DNA of 24,812 nucleotides from Minisyncoccota bacterium. GTDB lineage: Bacteria > Patescibacteriota > Microgenomatia > UBA1400 > PJMF01. Each line of letters opens with the position of its first letter. Position 1 is the stretch's first letter. Under the pieces are notes generated by a model. That model was not told where the DNA came from. It worked only from the letters and a program-made list of their open reading frames with translations, and did not search any database. This document shows positions 17,534-24,812 of this stretch, one piece after another. The stretch is taken from NCBI GenBank assembly GCA_043827245.1, contig JBDRPH010000080.1, positions 1 through 24,812 of the forward strand. The letters run 5' to 3'. The position numbers were made by a program, and so were the translations under genes.

Positions 17534-20500
17534 TCAACCAAGAATCTGTTGAATTTCTTTTTCCAGATCCTCACTCCACTTCACTCCGTAAGGCAACATG
17601 ATGCGCTCTGGCTTACCACCGTTGGGAATCAAAACAGCTACTCTAATTTTGCCAGGATGTTTTTTCAAAAATTCCCCTAGATTTTGTAAAGTTTTTTTCT
17701 CGGTTTTACGAGGAATAAAAATTTCTTTAACATTATCTCTAGGAATATTATCAGCACTTGTTTCTGGAGCACTAATTTTTTCTGCTACTAATTTCAGCTC
17801 ATCTTCACGATATTGCACAGTAGCTTTGATGAGCACGACTTTATTTTCTTGAATGATGTCTTTTTCTTGTTGATAGAGTTTGGGAAAGAAAACAATTTCT
17901 ATACTCCCCGTAGAATCTTGAAGAATACCAAAAGCCATTTCTGAACCATTTTTTTTGGTTTTTGTAATTTTAATTCGAGTCAAGATTCCACCAAAAATAA
18001 AAACTTTGTCTTTATGAACATGATGATCTAGCTCACTAATATTTTTATTTGATTGACCGCTAACAGCTTCCAGCTGGTCTGCTAGCGGATTATCGGTTAA
18101 GTACATACCCAATAATTCTTTTTCAAAGGACAATAATTCCTTGACGGGATATTCTTTCAGTTTGGGAAAACTATCTTGAATGACGGTGCTATCAGTAGAA
18201 ATTTTGGCAAAAAGATTATCTTGGCCATCAATATCGGATTGAAATTGAGCGGCTGTTTGACGAGTGTCTTCTAAATTTTCCAACATACTAGCTCTCGTGC
18301 CAAAAACATCCATCGCTCCTACTTTGATTAAACTTTCAATTACTTTTTTATTAACTTTTCTGCCATCGGTTTTGTGAATGAATTGAGTGAGTGAATGAAA
18401 ACTGCTATCAAGTGTTTGTCTTGTTTGCAAAATATTTTCAATAGCGGCAATACCAACATTTTTGATAGCAGAAAGACTAAAACGAATAGCCTTTTTTTCC
18501 AAAGATTGCTGGTTTTTTTCAATAGTAAAAGTATCGTCAGAGGCATTGATGTCAGGTGGTAAAATCTCGATTCCCATCTTTCTACTGGCTTCTACTGCAA
18601 CGGCTACTTTTTCATCTCTGGTTACAGAGGTGGCATTTGATTCAACACTCAGCAGAGCGGCCATATATTCCACTGGATAATTGGCTTTGAGATAAGCAGT
18701 TTGGTAAGCAATCATGGCATAGCTGGCGGCGTGAGCTTTATTGAAACCATAGTTAGCAAAAGCTTCGATAAAGCCCCAGACTTTTTCTGAGATGTTTTTC
18801 TTATAACCCTTTTTGACAGAATCTCTAATAAACCGCTCACGGTTTTTGTCTAACATTTTGCGCTGTTTCTTACCAATCGCTCGACGCAACATGTCAGCTT
18901 CGCCCATGGTGTAGCCGGCCATATGGTGCACGATTTCTAGGACTTGCTCTTGGTAAACCATGATGCCATAGGTTTCCTTCAAGATTGGCTTGAGAGATTC
19001 GTGGGGGTAAGTAACACTTTTTGGATTGTGTTTTCCTTCGATAAAACGAGGAATTAGATCCATTGGACCTGGTCGATAAAGGGCTAACATAGCGGTGATA
19101 TCTGAAAATTGAGTGGGTTGGAGAGATTTAGCCACTCGACGCATGCCACCTGACTCTAGTTGAAAAATACCGACGGTTTCTCCTGAAGCAAGTAATTGGT
19201 AAGTTTTCTTATCATTGATGGGAATATTGGCGATATCCAGTTTTTTATTTTGATATTTTTCAATTAAATTAACAGCAGCCTGAATAGTAGATAAGTTTCT
19301 CAGTCCCAAAAAATCAAATTTAAGCAAGCCAATGGCTTGATCATCGATATTACAATCCAATGAATACATATCATATTGAGTAATCATTTTACCGGTACGA
19401 CCATCTTTTTGAATGGGAGTGTATTCTGGGAGTGGTTTATCAGCGATGATCACCGCTGCAGCATGAACACTGCTGTGACGGATAGTACCTTCTACTTGTT
19501 GGGCCAAATCTAGAAGTTTTTTGAAACGAGGTTGTTTATAATATTCTCCCAATTCCGGTACGTTGCGCAAAGCAAAGGCAATACCGGTTTTTTTTCCTGG
19601 AACATTGGGAATGAGTTTGGCAATTCGATCTGGATCTTCGTAGGGCATGCCCAGCACTCGACCGATATCTCGCACTGCTACTCTGGCCTCCATTCGACCG
19701 AAAGTAATGACGTGAGCCACATGGTCGTGACCATATTTTTCGGCTGCATATGCGATCACCTCTTCGCGTCGGTCATCAGCAAAATCAATATCTATATCAG
19801 GAGGAGTGGGTCGCTCTGGATTTAAAAACCGCTCGAAAGGCAAGCCGTGCTCCAAGGGGTTGAGCGTGGTAATATCTAGGCAATAAGACACTAGTGAGCC
19901 AGCCGCAGAGCCTCTGCCCGGACCAACACCAATACCTCGCTCTTTTGCCCAAGTGACAAAATCCTGAGTAATTAAAAAATAAGTGGCATAACCCTTGTCG
20001 TTAATAATTTTTAATTCATATTCCGCTCTAGTTTTTAGATCATCAGTTATCTTGTCAAACTTTTTCTTCATCCCTTCATAAGTTTTTTTACTTAGCCACG
20101 ACTCATTAGTTTCATTTTTTGGCAATTCAAATTCAGGGAAAATGAGTTGACCCGTGGGAATTTCTAGATTACATCGCTCGGCGATTTTAACGGTATTTTC
20201 AATTGCCTCTGGATAATCACTGAACAAATCTTTCATTTCTTCAGTTGATTTCAAATAAAAAGTTGGCATGTTAGCCATACTCATTCGTTTTTTATCAGCA
20301 ATAAGTTTTCTAGTTTGTACACAAAGTAAGGCATCTTGAGCCTCTACTTCGCTAGCCTCCACGTAGTGGACATCATTGGTAGCTACCAAAGGAATATCGA
20401 GATCTCTAGAAATTTTGACCAGTTTTTTATTGAGCTCTTTTAGTTCTTTAGCTCCTGGATGATTTTGCAGTTCAATATAAAATCGATCACCAAAAACCTT

Positions 20501-20989
20501 TTTATATTTTTGGAATTTTTTTAGAGCGGTTTTATCTTTTTTCTCGCGTAGCAATTTATTAAAAACACTGTTCATACAACCGCTCAAAACAATCAAACCT
20601 TCGTTGAGTTCAAAAAGTATTTCATCATCAATTCTCGGTTTGTAGGAAAAACCTTCCAAATTGGCAATAGAAATTAATTTCATTAAGTTTTTGTAGCCGG
20701 CCAAGTTTTGAGCAATAACAGTCAGATGAGCTTGATCATTGCCCATTTTAGTTTGTTTATCAGAGCGAGATTTTTTGGCGATATACAGCTCGCAACCGAT
20801 GATGGGCTTAATGCCCTGATTGCGACAAGCATTATAAAAAGCAATCGCACCGTACATACCACCATGATCAGTTAGCCCGATGGCAGTTTGCTGATGATCT
20901 TTAACTTTGGCTAAAAGTTTGGGAATTTTGGAAAGTCCGTCCAACATGGAATATTCAGTGTGGACATGGAGGTGGACAAAGTCAGACAT
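17534..20989 (-). CDS. dnaE: DNA polymerase III alpha subunit
   Basis: PHP domain HLHVHTEYSMLDG, GRGSAAGSLV, PDIDIDF, KFDFLGL, FNKAHAASY, C-terminal OB fold. Ordinary length; I saw no intein signature. Confidence 0.98.
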   Translation of the reverse strand: MSDFVHLHVHTEYSMLDGLSKIPKLLAKVKDHQQTAIGLTDHGGMYGAIAFYNACRNQGIKPIIGCELYIAKKSRSDKQTKMGNDQAHLTVIAQNLAGYKNLMKLISIANLEGFSYKPRIDDEILFELNEGLIVLSGCMNSVFNKLLREKKDKTALKKFQKYKKVFGDRFYIELQNHPGAKELKELNKKLVKISRDLDIPLVATNDVHYVEASEVEAQDALLCVQTRKLIADKKRMSMANMPTFYLKSTEEMKDLFSDYPEAIENTVKIAERCNLEIPTGQLIFPEFELPKNETNESWLSKKTYEGMKKKFDKITDDLKTRAEYELKIINDKGYATYFLITQDFVTWAKERGIGVGPGRGSAAGSLVSYCLDITTLNPLEHGLPFERFLNPERPTPPDIDIDFADDRREEVIAYAAEKYGHDHVAHVITFGRMEARVAVRDIGRVLGMPYEDPDRIAKLIPNVPGKKTGIAFALRNVPELGEYYKQPRFKKLLDLAQQVEGTIRHSSVHAAAVIIADKPLPEYTPIQKDGRTGKMITQYDMYSLDCNIDDQAIGLLKFDFLGLRNLSTIQAAVNLIEKYQNKKLDIANIPINDKKTYQLLASGETVGIFQLESGGMRRVAKSLQPTQFSDITAMLALYRPGPMDLIPRFIEGKHNPKSVTYPHESLKPILKETYGIMVYQEQVLEIVHHMAGYTMGEADMLRRAIGKKQRKMLDKNRERFIRDSVKKGYKKNISEKVWGFIEAFANYGFNKAHAASYAMIAYQTAYLKANYPVEYMAALLSVESNATSVTRDEKVAVAVEASRKMGIEILPPDINASDDTFTIEKNQQSLEKKAIRFSLSAIKNVGIAAIENILQTRQTLDSSFHSLTQFIHKTDGRKVNKKVIESLIKVGAMDVFGTRASMLENLEDTRQTAAQFQSDIDGQDNLFAKISTDSTVIQDSFPKLKEYPVKELLSFEKELLGMYLTDNPLADQLEAVSGQSNKNISELDHHVHKDKVFIFGGILTRIKITKTKKNGSEMAFGILQDSTGSIEIVFFPKLYQQEKDIIQENKVVLIKATVQYREDELKLVAEKISAPETSADNIPRDNVKEIFIPRKTEKKTLQNLGEFLKKHPGKIRVAVLIPNGGKPERIMLPYGVKWSEDLEKEIQQILG

Positions 20990-21014
20990 ATTTTATCTCA
21001 GAATGGCACAGCTA

Positions 21015-22361
21015 TTAATCAGCTTCAAGAGTGGTTTGCAATGCTTTCCTCACCACTTTAGGATCTATTTTTTTATTAATATTTTTCATGATTTGACCGA
21101 TTAAGAAACCGATGACTTGAGTTTGGCCAGCTTGATATTTTGCCACAGCATCAGCATTATTTTTCAGAACAGTTTGAATAATATTTTTGAGCTCAGTATC
21201 ATCAATTTTTTCAGTGGCGTGCAGTTTTTCAAAAGATGTTACGGCTTCTTCAGGTTTTGCGTCAGAACTCATGATAATTTTTTTGTTGATAAAATCATTG
21301 GCAAAAAGATTATTATCAAGGCTTTTTTCAGCTAAAAGGGCAAAGACTTTCTCCAGCCACAGGATCTTCTTTTTTGAATCAGTGGCAAGTAAGATCTCAA
21401 TCTGTTTTGGATGTAGTGCATATTTTTCTTGCCATTTTTTGGCAATGATGATTGGTAAGTCTGGTAGTGAAGCACGAATCTCAGCAATAAAGCTTTCTTC
21501 AAAGTGAAATGGCGGAATATCAGGCTCTGGGAAATAACGATAGTCTTCGGCTTCTTCTTTACTGCGTTGAGAAAAAGTTTCGTTCTTGACTGAATCCCAA
21601 CCCCTAGTTTCTTGAATAGGAGTTTCACCAGCCTCAAGTAATTTGGCTTGACGCTCTAATTCATAGTCGACTGCTTGTTCCATAAAACGAAAAGAGTTGA
21701 TGTTTTTGATCTCTACTTTGTAGTTGGGTAAGGCAGTTTCTCCAATTTTTCTAAGAGAGATATTAGCCTCCAAACGCATGCCTCCTTGCTCCATATCGCA
21801 ATCAGCCACTTCCAAGAAGCGTAACAATTGACGGATTTTTTTCCCAAATTCCTTTGCTTGTTTTCCACTAGTTATATCTGGCTCAGTAACAATTTCCACT
21901 AGTGGCACTCCGCTTCGATTGAAGTCAACGAGAGTCACTTTTTTGTCGTCAATAGAAGTATGCAGTAATTTGCCAGTATCTTCTTCGAGATGAATCCTCC
22001 GAATCTCAATCACTCCATCAGTGACAGTCATTTGGCCGTCATAACAGAAAGGTAAATCGTATTGGCTGATCTGATAGCCTTTGGCTAGATCGGGATAGAA
22101 ATAGTGTTTGCGATCGAATTTTGAAAAATTATTGATTTGACATTCAGTAGCTAAGCCAATTTTGAGAGTCCACTCAATTGCTTTTTTATTTGGTACTGGC
22201 AATCCGCCTGGCATTCCCAGGCAAACTGGACAAGTATAACTATTGGGTTTTTCAGCACTGAATGGATCGTTGACACAACCACAAAACATTTTTGAATCAG
22301 TTTTTAATTCAGCGTGTATCTCTAGACCAATGACGGGTTTATATTTTTCTTGCCACTTCAT
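21015..22361 (-). CDS. gatB: Asp/Glu-tRNA amidotransferase subunit B
   Basis: VIGLEIHAEL, FDRKHYFYPDLAKGYQISQ, DFNRSGVPLVEIVTEPD, YRYFPEPD. Start placed at 22361 because of the ATGA overlap with the gatA stop and a GGAG 9 nt upstream; the ORF track start at 22385 overlaps gatA further. Confidence 0.96.
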   Translation of the reverse strand: MKWQEKYKPVIGLEIHAELKTDSKMFCGCVNDPFSAEKPNSYTCPVCLGMPGGLPVPNKKAIEWTLKIGLATECQINNFSKFDRKHYFYPDLAKGYQISQYDLPFCYDGQMTVTDGVIEIRRIHLEEDTGKLLHTSIDDKKVTLVDFNRSGVPLVEIVTEPDITSGKQAKEFGKKIRQLLRFLEVADCDMEQGGMRLEANISLRKIGETALPNYKVEIKNINSFRFMEQAVDYELERQAKLLEAGETPIQETRGWDSVKNETFSQRSKEEAEDYRYFPEPDIPPFHFEESFIAEIRASLPDLPIIIAKKWQEKYALHPKQIEILLATDSKKKILWLEKVFALLAEKSLDNNLFANDFINKKIIMSSDAKPEEAVTSFEKLHATEKIDDTELKNIIQTVLKNNADAVAKYQAGQTQVIGFLIGQIMKNINKKIDPKVVRKALQTTLEAD

Positions 22362-23746
22362 GACTTTGTTCTCCAGGTATTCCAATTAGTATTTTTTTCG
22401 AAAGCATCAGCCACTTGAATGGCTTTTTCTTCTTGCCACATCGGAGTAATAAAGTTTAATCCCAAGAATAAATTCGTTTCTGAATCGCGATAATAAGGCA
22501 CATTAATTCCAGGGAAGCCAGCCAGTGAGCTTGGTTCGAGTAGCATATCTTCCAATTCACCAAACATAGCAGTTCCATCGGTAATGCCAATTTTTTTAGC
22601 AAAGCCTGGGGAAGTGGGTGAAATTAATACGTCATATTTTTCAAACAGGTGGTTGAGATCTTCGATGAAAAGAGTCCTGACGCGCTGAGCCAACTCGTAA
22701 TATTTTTCGGCATAACCAGCACTTAATGTGTAAGTGCCTAGCATTTGTCGGCGTTTAGCCTCAGCGCCGAAATGCGAGCGATCGTTGCCATAGCGAATGC
22801 CATCATAGCGAGCTAAATTACTGCTCACTTCTCCTCGCTGAACCACGGTATAAACACTAACGGCATAACGAGGATTGAGGGCATTAACTTTGTCTACGGT
22901 TGCACCCAAATTTTTAAAAACGTCTAATTGTTTTTCAAGTTGTTCATTAACTAATTCCAATCCGGCGATGTCATGATAGAGCACACCAATCTTCATTCCT
23001 TTTAAGCTCTTTCCCAGTGAAGCAGTAAAATCTGGAACTTTTTGGTTGGAGGTGGTGGCATCATTGCTGTCGTGACCTGCCAGAAAATTGAGCATGATGG
23101 CCGCGTCTTCTACTGTTTTGGCAAGTGGTCCTGGACTGTCAGTGGATGAGGCCATAGCGGCCACTCCGTAACGGCTGACGCGGCCATAAGTAGGTTTCAA
23201 ACCCACTACTCCGCACCAAGCGGCGGGCTGACGAATAGAACCAGCGGTTTCACTACCAATAGCAATAGTGCAGAGATCAGCAGCTATGGCCGCTGCACTA
23301 CCACCAGAAGATCCTCCCGGTAAATGATTGGTATTTCTAGGATTGAGAGTTCTACCATAATCGCTGGTTTCAGTGGAAGAACCATGAGCCCAAGCATCTA
23401 AATTGGTTTTGCCCAAAGTAATTCCACCAGCTGCCAACATTTTTTTAGTGACAGTGGATTCAAATTGAGGAGTAAATTTATCTAAAACTTTGGAAGAGGC
23501 TGTGGTGCGCAGATCACGAGTGCAAAAGTTATCTTTGACAGCTACCGGAATACCCATCAGTGGTAAATCATGAGCTTTCTCAGCTTGTGCTAAAGCTTGA
23601 TCGTTGATAGTTAAATAAACATTAAGTTTTTTATTGTTTTCATTAACGGCTTGCAGTGTATCTTGATAAAGTTCAGCCAATGAAAATGTTTTGTTTTTAA
23701 GCCCCTCTAAAGTTTGCTGGAGAGTGAGGGTGTTTAGTTTAGACAT
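22358..23746 (-). CDS. gatA: Asp/Glu-tRNA amidotransferase subunit A
   Basis: Amidase signature VKDN, GGSSGGSAAA, GSETAGSIRQPAA, KPTYGRVSRYG; GGAGG 6 nt upstream of the start. Confidence 0.97.
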   Translation of the reverse strand: MSKLNTLTLQQTLEGLKNKTFSLAELYQDTLQAVNENNKKLNVYLTINDQALAQAEKAHDLPLMGIPVAVKDNFCTRDLRTTASSKVLDKFTPQFESTVTKKMLAAGGITLGKTNLDAWAHGSSTETSDYGRTLNPRNTNHLPGGSSGGSAAAIAADLCTIAIGSETAGSIRQPAAWCGVVGLKPTYGRVSRYGVAAMASSTDSPGPLAKTVEDAAIMLNFLAGHDSNDATTSNQKVPDFTASLGKSLKGMKIGVLYHDIAGLELVNEQLEKQLDVFKNLGATVDKVNALNPRYAVSVYTVVQRGEVSSNLARYDGIRYGNDRSHFGAEAKRRQMLGTYTLSAGYAEKYYELAQRVRTLFIEDLNHLFEKYDVLISPTSPGFAKKIGITDGTAMFGELEDMLLEPSSLAGFPGINVPYYRDSETNLFLGLNFITPMWQEEKAIQVADAFEKNTNWNTWRTKS

Positions 23747-24053
23747 CTTTTTCCTCCAAAACTCTCGGAACTACAAAAAAACCCTGATGAGTCTTTGGGG
23801 CATTAGCCAGTGCTTCTTGCTGAGAAAACATTTTTTCTTTTTTCACCTCATCTTCTCGCCAAACGTTTTCCAAACCAGTAACTTGGTGAGTGGGCGGTGT
23901 TTTACTAGTATCAAGCTCGCGCAACTCTTCAACTATAGTCAAGGTTTCAGCAAAATCCCGAGCAAACTGCTTTTGTTCTTCGTCAGATACAGGAATTTGT
24001 GCCAATTTAGCGACATGATTTACATCACTGGGAGTTACTACAACTTTTGACAT
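23739..24053 (-). CDS. gatC: Asp/Glu-tRNA amidotransferase subunit C
   Basis: DVNHVAKLAQI, NVWRED, ALANAPKTHQGFFVVPRVL; directly upstream of gatA. Confidence 0.93.
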   Translation of the reverse strand: MSKVVVTPSDVNHVAKLAQIPVSDEEQKQFARDFAETLTIVEELRELDTSKTPPTHQVTGLENVWREDEVKKEKMFSQQEALANAPKTHQGFFVVPRVLEEKDV

Positions 24054-24060
24054 ATCTGGA

Positions 24061-24069
24061 AGTATAGCA
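24061..24069 (-). promoter_or_regulatory. Extended -10 promoter of gatCAB(-dnaE)
   Basis: Minus strand TGcTATACT, 7 nt before ATG 24053. Confidence 0.6.
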
Positions 24070-24097
24070 GATGGCCAGGGGTTTTTTAAGATGGCTG

Positions 24098-24811
24098 CTA
24101 GGCGATTTTTTTAAGAGTGGCGATGCGATCTTCAATAGGTGGATGAGTGGCAAATAAATTGGCAAATAAATGCACAGCACCACTCGTATTTTTCAAAGGA
24201 TTGGTGATGTAAAGATGGGCAGTAGCTTTATTAGCCACTTCCAGCGGTTCACGATCCTGATCAAGTTTAGTTAGCGCACTGATTAAACCATTGGGGTTTT
24301 TAGTTATGGCCACACCAGAAGCATCAGCCAGAAACTCTCGCTTACGAGAAATAGCCAGTTTAATTAATTGCGCAATTAAAGGAGAGAGCAGAGCCAATAC
24401 CAAGCCAACTGCAAACAAGATTAATTGTGCTTGACCACTTTCTCGATTTTTTCGTCCTCCCCTGCCCCAATAAGTCATTCTAAGCAACCAATCAGAGAGT
24501 AAGGCCAACAATCCTACAAGAACAGTCACTACCGACATTAAGCGAATATCATAATTTTTAACATGAGAAAGTTCATGAGCCACTACACCTTCAATTTCTC
24601 CCCTATTTAAGCGACTAAGCAAGCCAGTAGTGGCGCACACCACTGCGCGTTGCGGATCGCGACCAGTTGCGAAAGCATTCATGGCGGTGTCATCAATCAC
24701 AAAGAGCCTTGGCAAGGGCATTTTTTGACTATTGCAAATATTTTCAGTGACAGTGTAAAAATCAAAAAAATCAGCTCGAGTAGCTTCGCGCGCCCCAGAA
24801 AGCCCCAGAAT
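24098..24811 (-). CDS. htpX: Zinc metalloprotease HtpX, M48 family (5'-truncated by window edge)
   Basis: NAFATG, HEXXH motif HELSH, SRKREFLADA, THPPIEDRI. The frame stays open upstream of 24721 (ILGLSGAREATRADFFDFYTVTENICNSQK) to the window end. Confidence 0.93.
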   Translation of the reverse strand: MLGLSGAREATRADFFDFYTVTENICNSQKMPLPRLFVIDDTAMNAFATGRDPQRAVVCATTGLLSRLNRGEIEGVVAHELSHVKNYDIRLMSVVTVLVGLLALLSDWLLRMTYWGRGGRKNRESGQAQLILFAVGLVLALLSPLIAQLIKLAISRKREFLADASGVAITKNPNGLISALTKLDQDREPLEVANKATAHLYITNPLKNTSGAVHLFANLFATHPPIEDRIATLKKIA

Positions 24812-24812
24812 A

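Noticed and set aside
22206-22222. Hairpin gcctgg-cattc-ccaggc in gatB, superficially like the atpD palindrome
   Set aside because: It encodes the conserved CLGMPG motif of GatB, so it is not an insertion.
21420-22355. Exact 15-bp repeat atatttttcttgcca (21420-21434 and 22341-22355); KWQEKY occurs twice in GatB
   Set aside because: One 15-bp AT-rich match in 25 kb is within chance expectation, and the similarity does not extend further.
11782-22360. Possible UGA-to-Gly recoding (code 25), as in Gracilibacteria and Absconditabacteria
   Set aside because: serS, dnaE and gatA end at TGA at their expected C-termini, and the long conserved genes are uninterrupted under code 11.
24069-24095. agatggc direct repeat x2 between htpX and gatC
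   Set aside because: Only 7 bp long; too short to distinguish from chance without comparative data.

Overview
Gene-dense, AT-rich bacterial chromosome segment made almost entirely of housekeeping genes, arranged as two convergent blocks. The plus-strand block (1-16499) holds a 5'-truncated membrane protein with a LytR_C-like domain, an F1Fo ATP synthase operon (atpB-E-F-H-A-G-D-C, no atpI), greA, class I LysRS, an HD-domain hydrolase, serS, secA, an 88-aa unknown ORF, mutM/fpg and a MutT/MTH1-like Nudix hydrolase. The minus-strand block (16543-24812) reads htpX (5'-truncated), gatC, gatA, gatB, dnaE, ldh. Short spacers, a truncated delta subunit, class I LysRS and protein style suggest a Patescibacteria/CPR organism, possibly Microgenomates (inference only). 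TGA is used as a stop, so the standard code applies. I found no tRNA, rRNA, CRISPR array or intact mobile element, and no wholly new multi-gene system. The best leads are inside the housekeeping genes: (1) an L-LDH whose NAD-selecting Asp is replaced by Ser-Arg, suggesting NADP(H) use; (2) a 21-bp REP-like palindrome sitting in frame inside atpD; (3) a remodelled ATP synthase with a 62-aa Glu/His-rich outer loop in subunit a and a half-length delta; (4) -10 boxes placed 6-11 nt from the start codon of six genes, suggesting leaderless or near-leaderless mRNAs; (5) an HD hydrolase wedged between two aminoacyl-tRNA synthetases.
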